A stretch of 64,000 nucleotides of DNA, taken from the NCBI RefSeq assembly GCF_006345805.1, contig NC_042998.1, positions 142,724,001 through 142,788,000 on the forward strand, read 5' to 3'. Source of the stretch: Octopus sinensis. Taxonomy: Eukaryota. This document shows positions 13,791 to 29,380 of the stretch, in pieces; the first letter of the stretch is position 1; every line of letters starts with the position of its first letter. Below the pieces are notes generated by a model. It worked only from the letters and a program-made list of their open reading frames with translations. It did not search any database and was not told where the DNA came from. The position numbers and the translations under genes are program-made.

Positions 13791-14868
13791 TTTAGTTTGC
13801 AAAGCTCTTTCTGTGTACTTCATTGTCTCTTGATCTTTCTTTCTCTTTGTCTCTCTCTGTATCTCCCTACTATCTCACTCTGTCTTTCTCTGGTTTTCTC
13901 TCTGTATACTCTTTATCGTAAAATGCCCTATATCCCATTTTTATTGATCTCTACAACGTCACCCTTTCTCTGTTATTTTACCGTACTTCTAAATCCATTC
14001 TTGCATTAGCTTTTACAAGATTTTGTTGTATCTTGGGAGGGTCATTATGCCAATAATAAACATATGCGCCGGTTCCAGTTCATTTCATTCATTTTTCTTT
14101 TATTTGTCTTGATTAACTAGCTAACCAATTAACTAACCAAACGTTTGATTAATCGTTCGGTTAATCAATCAATCAGGTTTGTCAAAGTCCCTCGGCGCCA
14201 TTCGCGATCTCATCAAAGACATGCTTTCTCTACTCCATATCTGCTTCGTGTCTTGATGTAAAATCCTGTCTTCATATAGGCTTTGTATCTAGGAAGTGTT
14301 ATCATGCCAATAAGAAACACACGTACAGGTTATATATATATAGTTTCTTTAATTGTTATTTGTCAACTAGTTAAGATGGTAAGTTGATACCATTGGGTAA
14401 AATGCTTGGGCGCATTTCAACAGGTTCTTTACAATCTGAGCTCAAATCCCGCTGAGGTCGACTTTGCGTTTTATCTTTTTGACGTCCGTAAAATAAAGTA
14501 CCAGTCAAGTACTGGAATTGATATAATCGACTTATCACACTCTCTAAAATTACTGACCCAGTGCCAAAATCTGAAACCATTGTTAACCAACTAATTAACC
14601 ACATAATCAGTTAACTAATTGATTGCTTGAGTAATCATTTGGTCAATCACTCAGTCAACAAGGTTCGTCATCAGAGTCCTTTCATTACTATTCTCGACTT
14701 CATCAATGACGTTTCCTCACGACTCCAGGTTCGTGTGTTTTCGAGTTTTCCAGATACTATATTTATAAATGGCAACGAAAAGACTTTGCTAACCTAGCTG
14801 ATTGAGTCATTGACCGAACAATTAATCAAACAATCGATTAGTTAAATTATTAAATGGTTAGCTAGTTG

Positions 14869-14909
<41 letters not shown>

Positions 14910-14934
14910 CAACAACAACAACAACAATAATAAT

Positions 14935-16400
<1,466 letters not shown>

Positions 16401-16429
16401 AAAAATAGTAATGATGATGATGATGATAA

Positions 16430-18266
16430 CTATAAACGGTACTAAAAAAACTTGGATACACCTGTATGGTCTCGATATACTTTTAAAAGGCTTACGATAT
16501 GCTGCCGTATTTGTGGATTTTGGAAACACTCGACATGTGTGCAATCGCTGAGAACATGTGTGCACTAATTAAGAACAACATGCCTTGTTGGAAAAAAAAA
16601 CCTCTTCTCTATAACAACCAGCACTTAGCCGAGGTAACAATCAAAAGAGATATCTTCCAGGGAAACTCACCTTTGTTACTTGTTATAGCCTTGATCCCAA
16701 TTTTTGTAGTCCTACGCAAAGTCAATGCGCACTATCAGCTGAGAAAGAATGAACCTCGTCTAAACCACCCTCTCTTCAAAGATGATTTAAAACTGTTCGC
16801 AAAAACAGAGCCTGAAATGGAGAGGCTGGTTGAGACGGTACAGATGTTCAGCAAGGATATAGGGATGAAATTCGGTGTCTTGAAGTGTGCGGTGTTCACT
16901 TTGAAACGGTGGAAAAGAGCAGATTGTAGGGGCATAGAGAGAGAATGGAAGACCCGGATGATGGTGGGTACAGTTATCTTGGGATACTGGAGATGGACAA
17001 TATCTTGCACAGAGAAATAAAAGACAAGTTATTACTGCATATTTGAAGCGCCTCAAACTTCTCTTGAAATCAAAATTCAACTCAAGGAACCTTGTGACAG
17101 CCATCAACATATGAGCTGTCGCTGTAGTCCGCTACAGTGCACCCATCCTGAAATGGACACAAGCAGAGATTAACCAACTCGATCGCACTACCGAAAGACA
17201 ATGACAATGCATGGTGCCCTCCACCCTAAGGTCAACGTACACAGGCTCTACATGAATAGGTGCAAAGGTGGACGTGGGCTGATTAGCGTAAGGGTGTGCA
17301 TCAACAATGAAAAAAGAATCATGGTAGAATATTTGGTATACAGCAAACACGGCTTGCTACAGTATGCTGCTAATGCAGAAGGATTTACTAAAAATGGGCT
17401 TGAGAGTGCTCATGAATTCTGATCACGAATAGACAACGAGGAAGAAGAAATCTACTCCGCATGGAATTACATGGTCAGTTCCACCGTGAAACTAACATCT
17501 CAAAAGACTAGAAGCCTCATAGAGGTGGCTGAAAACCTAATTATCGCTGCCCAGGATCAGGCATTGAATACCAACTCAGTGAAAAGGGATATATACCACA
17601 CAAGTGCAACGAATCTCTGCAGAATGTGTAGGAAGAGAACTGAAAGCGTGAGTCACATTGTTAGTGCTTGTGAAAGTCTTGCGCAGAAAGAGTGCAAGCG
17701 CAAACATGACAAGGTAACCCAAAACCTTCACTGGCTAATATGTCGAAAGTATGGATACGAGGTAACGAGTGCTTGATACCAACATACACCGGAAAAGGTA
17801 ATGGACGAAAAGAGGAAGGCAAAAATCCTCTGGGACTTTGACTTCCATATAGACAAGGTGTTAGAGCACCGAAAGCCGGATACAGCAACCTTTAGGAGGG
17901 ACAAACAAGAGTGCCTGATAATCAACGTGGCAGTGCCAGGAAATCAACATATCATCAGGAAAGAAAGAGAAAAAATTGACAAATATGGAGACCTGAGAAT
18001 TGAGGTCGCTAAGATGTGACAGCTACGAGAGAGAAACATAAAGGTTGTACCTATTGTTATCGGAGCATTGGGTTCAATACCACCCAACCTGAAAAAAAAA
18101 AACAAAAAAACATCTGGAAACTGTAGAAATACCCTACAATGTAGGTGTATTGCAAAAATCGGCATTACTTGGAACTCCACGCACATTGCGTACTGTCCGT
18201 TTGAGGTCCTTATGGTCCGCAATATCTTCAATCAACATCACGATATCGGATACTGTACGACGTCTT

Positions 18267-18267
<1 letters not shown>
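16430..18267 (+). mobile_element. R4/Dong-type RLE LINE, copy 3 (RT, CCHC and RLE; decayed)
   Basis: KAYDMLPYLWI; IFQGNSPLLLVIALIP; LFKDDLKLFAK (YMDD-like); LHPKVNVHRLY..KGGRGL; CRMCRKRTESVSHIVSAC (CCHC); KRKHDKV; RKPDT..IINVAVP..EKIDKYGDL. Followed by (AGT)n at 18268-18312. Confidence 0.9.
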
Positions 18268-18313
<46 letters not shown>

Positions 18314-19138
18314 AAAGAAGTGAATTAGAATCAGAGCATGTTTCTTATTGGATTAATGATCCTCTCAAGATACAACAAAATCTCTAAATCCACCAACCAT
18401 CTTTCTATTGTAGAATTCTAAACTTTTTCCACCTCTCCTCTCTTACCTTAGCTCCCTCCTTACCTGAGCTCTTCCATTCTCACTCGTTCTTCCATCCCCG
18501 TCTATATATATATGTATGCTGGCCTGACTGCTTGGTAGTTGCTGACTATTTCTCTTCCTTTTTCTCTCTCTTTCTCTCACTCTCACTCTCTCTCCCTCCC
18601 CCTCTCTTTCAATCTCTCATTTATTTATCTCACTAGTTATTTAATGTCTCTCTTTTTGTAATAATAAACTCTTTCTCCCTTTTTCATCGCTCCCAGCACA
18701 ACCACGGCCTTCTTCCAGCGTGACATAGAGAGGAAGGAAAAACCAACTAACAAAGGAAGAAAAATAATAAATGAAGACCGCAGCGATAACATTGGTGCTC
18801 GTCATTTTATCAAATTTAAGTTCTTGATATAGGAAGACATAAATTTCGCCAGGTCTTGTTCACTTTTAGTAACACAAGTCCTGTACAAATATACTTCTGA
18901 TAACAGATCAAGTAATAAAATTGTACAATACGGTGGTTCAATGAGTTTGTCTCGAAGCATTTTTCAACGAGCATCTTCCAAAATTTGCACAAAACTCAGA
19001 AATCATCCTAGAATAAAGTCTGAAGATTAAAAAAATCTTACGCTGAAGCCCTCCTAAGGTTATATAGTGAGGATTTAAGAAAGGAGATGCTTAAAGATTG
19101 ATTGTTATAGTATTCTCTCTCCCCTCTCTTTCTCTCTT

Positions 19139-19192
<54 letters not shown>

Positions 19193-19559
19193 ACACTTTT
19201 AGAGGACACTGTAATGACAATGTTATACTGGAACGCTACAGTTATCAAAATTCTTCATTTAAAACCATATCTTTGAAAATTTAGTATGCATTTTCAAATA
19301 TGGAAGGTAGGAGATAATTGTTTCACATTTAAATATGTTTATATTCATAAAACATTCTGCTATTATGCTACATGAATTGCACCGTTAATTTTCATGTTAA
19401 AATCCATCCATACATAAATATATACATGCACACACACAAACACACACAAACAAACACATACATACATACATACATACATACATACATACATACATACATA
19501 CATACATACATACATACATACATACATACATACCCATTCTCACACGAATTCAGAGAGCT

Positions 19560-20340
19560 ATTGAAGACCAAATTTGTAAGAGAGCTTCTCGAATTTGCCT
19601 AAAGACACAATCACCAAGACTGGTTTGATGTAAACGATACTGAGATTATAAAAGTCATCTACCGAGAAAGGCAAGTCCAACTTACTCGAAAGAATGAACC
19701 ATCTTTAGTTGCCAGAAAGGAAAGATACTGAACATTCAAATCCAAAGTTCAAACCAAGATCCACGAAATCCGAAACGAGTGGGGCTTTATGAAATGGATG
19801 GAGATCCAACGTTATTCTGCTCAATATAAAATGAGAAATGTTTATGCCATAAGCAAAACTATATACGGTCCGCCTCCGTGCTCTAACTCAACTCAAATCA
19901 TCAGATGGATCGATAGGCTAAAAAGATGAACCTGTTGTAGTTAGGCGTTGGATAGAACATTTCAAACTATTCTGTATCACTCATCTAACATCATCGCAGC
20001 CACCAACGACTGGATTTCTCAGTTTCCATTTCACCGTGAACTTGATTACACTTAAGCCCTCATTGAAATTCAAACAGCTATTTGAAAAGTGAAGATTGAC
20101 ATATATCCAGAGCTAGACAACATTCCTGCTGCAATTTTCAAGAAAGTTGAGCAATTACTGATTGTCTGATTGCGTCATCTTTTCCCTTTCATCTGGAAGA
20201 GACAGCAAATTCCCTGTAACATCAAGCTATCCTAATCGTAACAATTTTTAAAAAGAGAATACCAAGCAGACAATAACAACTATAGGGGAATTTCACACCT
20301 CTCGATTGCCTGAAAACCCTTTGCATGAATCTCAAATTTC
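19560..20340 (+). mobile_element. RTE-clade (BovB-like) LINE ORF2 internal fragment
   Basis: HQDWFDVNDTEI, KTIYGP, RRWIEHF, PELDNIPAAIFK, LIVTIFKK..NNYRGIS across broken frames. Confidence 0.75.
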
Positions 20341-20599
20341 CGGCGACCTTTATTTAACATTTTTAATATCAAATCTTCACAACACAAATTTGTTTATTCA
20401 CAAGTAACATATCGTGAAGGCGGAAACACCTCCCTTCACCCCAACTATAATAATATGAATTGGCAAATGTTTTTAAAACTATATCTAAAACCAAAGTAAG
20501 TGAAAAAAAGGTCATTTATCGAAAGCAAGTGAAAAAAGGTCATTTATTTTAGATAGAGGATAAAATACAATATCACGACAGCATACTCTCTCTCTCGCT

Positions 20600-20865
<266 letters not shown>

Positions 20866-21302
20866 TATACACACGCGCACATCGCACTCAAACACGATAA
20901 TCGTGTGAATATATTATATTTCAATGAATAGTTGTTTAAATTCTGTTCTTTTATTGATAATAACATTGTTATTTACATTATAAGAATAATTTTTTTAATC
21001 TTCGAGAGATATGAAACGAAATCGTTAAAGCCATGAATAATAGCGTGTAGAATAATAGTTCAAAACCGTTGGACAGAAAACAGTTACGGGCAGTCTTCGA
21101 CTTATTTCCATCCAGTTTTCTACATGCTATTATTTAGAGCTTCATCTACTTTGAGTTCCACCGTTAAAACCATTTAATATCAATATCATTTTTTATTTTT
21201 ATTAAAACTATTTTTAATAATAATATTAAACGTATCTCCTTTGTTTTACATAATTTTCAATTTACACATCAACTCGCCGAGCCAATCAGCCGTGTGTAAA
21301 AT

Positions 21303-21335
<33 letters not shown>

Positions 21336-22089
21336 AAGAAAAAGAAGGTAGTCAGAATTTGGATAAAGAGTATTTAGCGTTTTCGTCCCTTTTGGGGATT
21401 CATGAATGAACACCCTTCAAAATACATACATACATTCATACAAACTCGCGCGCATAGACACACACACATACACACACATATATATATATAATGGTTCACT
21501 TTGCCCGCCATTTTAAATGTACAAATTTCGAAAGATTGCTATGACTGTTTGTGTGTGTGCGTGCGCGCGCGTACGTATCTATGTGTGCATTCTTCCTGTT
21601 TAGACATCCTTTATCTGTTTCTACAAACCATCACCCGTGATTTTCTCTTCCCTCCGCCATCATCACTCGTTGTCCAATATATTTTCAGTCACCTGACTTC
21701 CCCACTCCTCTCCGCCATTGTGGTAAGTCAGCCACATTGCACCGAGCAGTTTAACCGATTTACTATCGCTAAACGAATAATGTCAGGTGTTTTTATATCT
21801 TTATTTTCTCTATTCATTCAATATAGAAACTATTGATTTATTGATGAAGTGTTTGTATTAATCCCTTTTTCTTTCTTTTCTCTTTCGCTCTCTTTTCATC
21901 GTTTCCCCGACACCCTCTCTTCCCTCTCCGTCTTCATTCTTCCCCTTCTAACTCTCTTTTCTGCCTCCCTTTCTCTCTTTGCCGTATTTCTTTCTCTTTC
22001 TCTTGTCCCGTCCTTTTCCCTCGTCTTCCTCTCTGTTAAACATCATTTCTCGCGTTTCCACATTTCCTATGTTCAATACACAATCACAT

Positions 22090-22425
22090 TTTCTCTCTCT
22101 CTCTCTCTCTCTCTCTCTTTCAGTCTTTCTCTCTCTCTTTCTGTCTCTCTCTCTCTCTCGCTCCTCCTCCTGTTTGCTCTATCTTCTCTGTACGTCTCTT
22201 TCTTATCTCTCTTCCTTCTCTCTCGATTTGTTTACCTCCCCTCTTCCTTTGTTCCTTTATCTCGACCACCCTTCTCCTATAGATTTCCTTTATATCCAAA
22301 TTTTTCTCTTACATCTACCCGTGTCTCGTTCGCCCCCTTTGTACACCACTTAATATTCTTCTCTTTTCTCACTCGTCCATTTATCTCTGTCTGTCTCTCT
22401 CTCTCTGTTTTCTTTATCGCCTTTA

Positions 22426-22496
<71 letters not shown>

Positions 22497-22669
22497 TTAT
22501 CTGTCTATCTGTCTGTCTGTCTGTCTGGCTGGCTATCTATCTATCTATCTATCTATCTATCTGTCTATCTGTCTGTCTGTCTGTCTGTCTATCTGTCTGT
22601 CTGTCTGGCTGGCTATCTCTATCTATCTTCTATCTATCTATCTTCTATCTATCTATCTATCTATCTATC

Positions 22670-22708
<39 letters not shown>

Positions 22709-22843
22709 GCCTGTCTGTCTGTCTGCCTGCCTGCCTGTCTGTCTGTCTGGCTGGTTGGCTGGCTGTCTTTCTATCTATCTATTTATCTATCTATCTATGT
22801 GTTTATCCCCCATCTCTATTATAAACTTCCTTTGTCTCTTTCT

Positions 22844-22880
<37 letters not shown>
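22090..22880. repeat. Pyrimidine-rich (TC)n/(TATC)n/(TGTC)n compound low-complexity region
   Basis: Direct reading. It explains the spurious 370-aa ORF at 21849-22961. Confidence 0.9.
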
Positions 22881-22881
<1 letters not shown>

Positions 22882-23536
22882 CTCAGTTTACCTCTCTACT
22901 TATCCATCAAACTACCTACCTCACTATTCTCCTCTTCCTCTCTTTCACCTATAATGTTTAAACTATCTATTTAGGTGCATATTAAATGCGTTCAATATCG
23001 CAGTCTCTAAATCGATACGAAGAAATTGGATGAGGTTAAAGTTTGTATGGAGTGTGTGAATGTTTGTAGGTGTATGAGCGCGCGCATACTTCCATATCTT
23101 TATATATCTATATGTTTGTATATATGCATGTAACTCCCACTTTAGGCGTGTACGTGTATACCTGAATACACACCATGGCGCGCGCACACACACACACACA
23201 ACCTCATGCGCACCTATGCACATCCTGACCTAATTTCATCGCGTGTGTATGCATGTATACTGATAGGTATGTACGTTCGTATGTAGGAACGTTCATACAT
23301 AGTGGAACGTATGTGTATATTTTAACTTGACCCAGTTTCATTGGTTTTTACACACACACACACACACACACATTTTTTCTGTCTATCTATCTATTTATCT
23401 ATATAATGTACCACATTCGTTTTAGCTTATGACTTATTCATTACACCCTCGCACGCAAACATACTGAGACAGACTGACAGACATACAAAAGCCTGATAGA
23501 TAGGCAGAGACAGACAGACAGATAGACAAACAGATG

Positions 23537-23607
<71 letters not shown>

Positions 23608-24118
23608 GACCAATTTACGGCGAATATACATGCGGTAAACTTTCATGCTTATCAGCCCCTAGAAAACAATTCTCTATTCTTCCGAAAGATTGATTTTTAA
23701 ACGAGAAGAAACGGAAAGAAAATTACATAAAATTATGAAATTTATATCCCCTTATCCAACGTTCTGTCCTACGGACAACCAGACAGGTCACCCACAATTG
23801 ATTTCCACTACGTCAAATTCATTAAATTGATATTCTCTTAGCATTTTCAATTTCTTGATTCGATTGCTTAAACAGTTTTTGGTTGGTGCACTTAATGTTT
23901 GATGGGAGACTTTGTTCATCGATCGCTTTAACACCGCCATATTGGTTAGTTTGAGTGCCTTTAGCGGAGTCCACTCTTTTGGAAGCATTCAGGCCAGGTC
24001 TCTGGTTTAAAGGTAGTTACCTCCCTCACCATGATACCAGCTTTCGGAGGATCTTTAGAGTCACGAGCATTGTTCATTCTCCTGATTTTCAATCAGATGG
24101 CACAAATAGTGAAAAGAA

Positions 24119-24170
<52 letters not shown>

Positions 24171-24924
24171 CCGCTCCATCTGTCTGTCTCTCGCTTTCTT
24201 TCTCTCTTCCCTTTCCTCTCTTCCTCCTCTTTCACCCTCCCTCTCTGTCTCTCTCTCTCTGTCTCTGTCTCTCTGTCTCTCTCTCTCAATCTCTCTTATT
24301 TAATTTGAAAAAGGAAGCAGCACTCATGACCTCTGCACATCCTTCCAAAATGGTGAGGTTGATACAGTTATATTCAGGACGAACTACAGCAGAATAAATA
24401 GAAAGATGTGTGTGTGTGTGCGGGCGCGCACGTACGTGCGTTCGTGCGTGCGTACGTGCGTGCGTGCGTACGTGCGTACGTGCGTACGTGCATGTGTGTG
24501 TTAGGGATTCACAGAGAGTTTGCTTGACTGGGGTTAGTTAAGTAAAGTGCTCAATGAGAAAATTAGGGGTGTAAACCACAGGACTGATGGAAACGAATAG
24601 ACGCCAAAATATCGGGTGGATTTGGGTGGAATGTATTATGCAAATACAGAGGAGCAGAAGCAATTATGAAAGGGTGGGCAGAAGAGACACAGAGAAATGA
24701 TTACATATGTTGGTTGGTAGTTATGTCTGTGAGGGCATCTACTGAACGGCTCCATTTTTGATATGATTAAAGAAATTTGTGTTTCAAGCATCGGTCTCAT
24801 CTTAGATATGTGTATGTATGAACGCGCGTGTGTGTGTATATGTGTGCGTGAGTGTGTTTATGAACATGTCTTTTATCTTTTACTTATTTCAGTCATTGGA
24901 CTGCGGCCATGATGACGCACCGCC

Positions 24925-25338
24925 TTGAAGAGAGAGAGATAGGATAGTCCAGTCCTTAGGACAGTCCCGAAAGAAAAGAGAGATGATTACGTGAGGAAAA
25001 GAACGATGGACGATGGTTACGTGTGAACAACGAGAGAGAGAACAGGAGTAAGAGGGAGAACAGGAGAAAGAGGGAGAAAGAGAGAAATAGTTTCTTTGAC
25101 AAGAGAAACGATAGAAGAGAGAGAGATAGGATCCGCCAGTCCAATGCTCGAAATGAGGAGTAGATAGACAACCGACAACTGATGAAGAGTCGTCCTTTAT
25201 TTTACTTGTCCTGTTTTCTATTTGTTTCTTTCGTTGCCTGCGTATCGAACCCATTTGTTTTCGTATTTCATGTTGTCTACTGCTGGTGACGTCTTGTATT
25301 CATATATGCATGCATGTGTGTGTGTATATATATGTATG

Positions 25339-25405
<67 letters not shown>

Positions 25406-26000
25406 TATATTATTTGATTGAACGCTATGCATCCATTTCCCAGTAAGTTTATCGTAATCTTTTTGATGCGACTCTATACGGTTTTTCTCCCCTTCACCGT
25501 TTTCTATCTGTCTCTCTCTTTTCTCCCTCTTTCTCCTGTTCTCCCTCTCTCCCCTCTTTCTCCTGTTCTTTCTCTCATTGTTCACACGTGACCATTGTCC
25601 ATCTTTCTTTTCCTCACGTGATCATCTTTCTTTCCTTTCAGGACTGGACGTATCCTATCTCTCTCTTCTATCTTTCCTCTTGTCAAAGAAAATATTTCTC
25701 CAGCATTCACTATTTTACCCTCATTCTGGTCTAACATTCCTTGTATGTCACCACTGTCCTATTTTTGTTCCCAACTTTGATCCTCCATAAATACCAAATT
25801 TATTTTGGTACTTATGGGAGCAACTGTCTTCGAAGACTCATATTGTCGTTGAATGCTCGAAATGAGGAGTAGATAGACAGCCGACAACTAATGAAGGGTC
25901 GTTCTTTATGTTACTTGTCCTGTTTTCAATTTGTTTCTCTCGTTGCTTGCGTATCGAACTCATTTGTTTTTGTATTTCATGTTGTCTGCTGTTGGTGGCG
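24925..26000. repeat. Composite local duplication: inverted GA/TC-rich unit plus directly repeated approximately 150-bp unit
   Basis: About 24935-25140 is the permuted reverse complement of about 25500-25700. 'aatgctcgaaatgaggagtagatagaca.ccgacaact.atgaag...' occurs at about 25145-25300 and about 25855-26000. Confidence 0.75.
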
Positions 26001-26039
26001 ACCTGTACCCATATATGCATGTGTGTGTGTGGATATATA

Positions 26040-26111
<72 letters not shown>

Positions 26112-26154
26112 ATCATTATTTCATTGAACGCCACGCATCCATTTCCAAGTAAGT

Positions 26155-26259
<105 letters not shown>

Positions 26260-26279
26260 ATATTATATATATATATATA

Positions 26280-26455
26280 TACGTACACGACGGGCTTCTC
26301 TCAGTTTCTGTCTACCATATCCATTTTGGTAGAGAGAAACTTTGATCAGCCCGAGGCTTTAATTGAAGACACTTGCCCAAGGTGCAACGCAATGGGACTG
26401 AACCTGGGCCTATGTGGTTAGAAAGCAAAGTTCCTACCACACAGCCATGCGCGTA
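26280..26455 (-). mobile_element. tRNA-derived SINE head (partial)
   Basis: The reverse complement reads 'gcatggctgtgtggtagg..caggttcagtcccattgcgttgcaccttgggcaagtgtcttc', matching the head at 59560-59680. Confidence 0.7.
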
Positions 26456-26795
26456 AAACTATTTGCGGGTGGGCAAAAGTGTCGCACAAGGAAAATAAAA
26501 TTAGAATTCGTGTTTCAACCACTTTAAATTAGCGTAAACAATGTGACATACTTAATGGATATGCACGGTTTTTCGTCCATAGCAAATGCTTTTAAAGCTG
26601 AATTGTGTTTAAAGCATAATCGGCAGAAAGCCCAGAAAAATTACTCAAGGTCTGTGCTTTTTGTACATGACACTTATCAAATTGATTTGAAAATATATAT
26701 TTCGCATGACATTCATATTTTAATTTTGAATCGAATAACATATAATTACAAACATTTTGTTAAAATTATTGTAATTATACAAACATAGATATATA

Positions 26796-27788
26796 TCAGG
26801 CTGAGTAAAAAGTAAGCAACGTTTTGAAACATGAAATTCATCACAATGTATTTCAACAATGCAGAAAATGTTCTTCATTAAAGTAAGTATCATTACAATC
26901 AACACACTTTTGTCAACGAGTTACAAGTTTGTTTATTCCGGCAACATAAAAATCTGGAGTTCTGGAGTTCTGGAGCTGATAAATTCTTTGAACGTACTTT
27001 CAGCATCGGTTTAATATTTGAACTCCTCTCGTAAGAAACCATCAAGGTGCTTGAAAAAGTGGTAGTCTGTAGGAGAAAGATCTGGGGAATAAGCTGGGTG
27101 GGGAAGAACTTCGTAGACAAGTTCCCTCAACTTCTGGAGCGTAATTAGTGAAACGTGTGTCGAGCATTGTCATGAAGAATGATTGGCCCTCTTCTGTTGA
27201 CCAGTCTGGGACGGAGGAGTAGCAGTTTTTCGTTCATTTTGGCAATTTCATAGCAATATGTTTCTGCAGTAATGGGTTTTCCCGGTTTTAAGAAGTTATA
27301 GTGGATGGGTCCAGCAGTACACCACCAGTCACTATAACCTTCTTTTTGAAGCGCTCGGGTTTTGGGAAGGTTTTCGGCGCTTCATTTTGGTCCAACCACT
27401 GCGAAGAACGCTTTTTTAATTATTGTATAGAATCCACTCTTCATCGCAAGTTACAATACGGTCGAGAAATGGATCAGTCTGATTACGGTGAAGAAGCGAT
27501 GAGCAAATTTCATATCTGCACATTTTGTGATTTTCATTCAAATCGTGTGGTACCCATTTGTTGAGCTTTTTTGACTTTCCGATCGCATGCAAATGGTTGC
27601 AGACTGTTTTCTCGAGTGGTTTTACGTGGATCTTTCTCAATGACGGTCTTTAATTGACCGTCATCAATGACAGATGGGCGTCCACTATGCTCACGATCTT
27701 CAAGGCTCAGGTCTCCACTGCGAAATCGTTTAGACCATCTTCGAGTTGACCACTCACTGGTCATTTCCTCACCAAACGTTTCGCTGTG
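26796..27788 (-). mobile_element. Mariner (DD34D-type) transposon remnant, N-terminus cut off by a retro-insertion
   Basis: RFRSGDLSLEDREHSGRPS, KWVPHDL, RIVTCDEEWILYNN, LHDNAR, PHPAYSPDLSPTDYHFF across frames. TA followed by TIR-like TCAGGCTGAGTAAAAAGTAAGCAAC at 26796. Confidence 0.9.
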
Positions 27789-29364
27789 TTTTTTTTTTAT
27801 TACCTATAAAAGGCGTACATAGATATTAACGTCGTTTCGAAAGGACAGCACAAAATATGTGGGAACATATAACAATTAAAATAAAATTATGATAACATGA
27901 ATGAAAATGAAATGATATATGAAAATGTGTTACTTACCCCACCTCAGCAACATCATTTACTTCCTTTTTATATCCAGTTCATATTTATACCCTGTTGTTC
28001 TTCTTTTGGTATTTTCTTTAGATCACAAACCACTTTTCTATATCTAAAACCTTCTTTGTATCCCATTATTTCTTTCATACGACCTTCCGACACCAATGCG
28101 CATGCGACCATATCTTCTTTTTTACTTCCTTTCATATCTACAGTCCTTAGGTCCTTCCACTGTGATAACTTCTTTATCAGTCTCTATCCACACCTTTACA
28201 GAAAGCACAAGCATAACACATGGGAGGGAGCTTTATGATTTTCGTAAGTTTGCATTTCTTTTTTTTTTCGTTTTTGCGTCGGTGGGGAATGGCTGGGTTT
28301 GATGTCTGCAGTGTGAGGGTGGGGTTGAGAGCGTCTGTGGGGGTGGGTACGGGTTGGGATCCACTTTGACTGTCCTTCTTCCTCTTCCTCTGTTCATTCC
28401 TTCCAGCTACTCTCCATCCTTCCTCGTCAGTTTTCTCCTTCTCGACCTTCGGTGCATGCTGGGTTTTTTAAGGGCAGTCTGCTCTAATGTGGCCCTTTTG
28501 GCCACCTTTGTAGCAGCGAGGGGTTCTGCCCTCTACCAACACCTTCATTACTGTATCACCTACTAACGCCGTTTCTGCCAGTCTCTCCATATTTTATACT
28601 GAGATTTGGATCAACACATCCAGAACTTTGCCTCGCCAAATCCTTACTTCTGTTTCTTTGGCTTGGAGCACGGCCACTTCCTTCTCAATTCCAAGAAGTA
28701 CTGCCGCCACCACCCAAGCCGTGTCTATTTCGAGGGGGATTCCCTCTCCCTAACTCTGGAAGTTCTTCTTCCATGGTATGTTGGTAAGAAGATTACTCTT
28801 TCCGTCTTCATCGTATTTGCCGAGTGCTCCTTTGCCTTTTCTTTCTCTTTGAAATGCACAACAACTGTGCCGTAACTGCTTCCTCTGGCAAGATATGATA
28901 TATCTTGCCAGATTGGCCTCAATGCCTTCTCAATTTCCTCCGTAGCCTCATTTTCAATTCTTCTCTCCTTGATTGAATATACTTTATAAACAATTCTGCT
29001 TTCTTCCAAGTACCTCATTCTATGGTGACAATTTCACGTCACCACCCTCCTTCTCCACAAAATTATTTAGGTTTTCCAGACTCACTTCCTTCTTAGAGAC
29101 ACCTGCACTTCTGCAAAACCTTTCCCCTTTAAAGAATTTTCTATTTTGTTGATAGCCCTGACCAGTTCTTCCTCAGGCGATGACAATTCTGTCGCCGACA
29201 TCTCCGTTTCAGTCAGGTCCGAATAGAAAACATTTTCAAATTCAGCCACCTCAAAACGCTGTGGGGCAGCCCAATCATACAACAGCTGCAAAGCAGCACA
29301 AAACAAAGCAACACCTTTCAATAAACAATAGCAAACACTTACTGGGAATTACAGTTGTCCGAAA
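27789..29364 (-). mobile_element. ORF1-only (HAL1-like) Tx1/L1-derived non-autonomous retroelement with poly(A) and 16-bp TSD
   Basis: Decayed ORF1 (LPTYHGRRTSRV..; VEGRTPRCYKGGQKGHIRADCP knuckle), then about 170 bp of 3'UTR ending gtaataaa(A)n. No ORF2 sequence was seen. Direct repeats caaacgtttcgctgtg (27773-27788) and caaatgtttcgttgtg (29365-29380). Confidence 0.75.
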
Positions 29365-29380
29365 CAAATGTTTCGTTGTG

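Noticed and set aside
18771-18830. MKTAAITLVLVILSNLSS signal-peptide-like mini-ORF
   Set aside because: It stops after 18 codons, with no convincing splice donor or other support.
21849-22961. 370-aa ORF, the longest in the track
   Set aside because: It translates (TC)n/(TATC)n microsatellites (SIYL/SL repeats), which lack stop codons in that frame.
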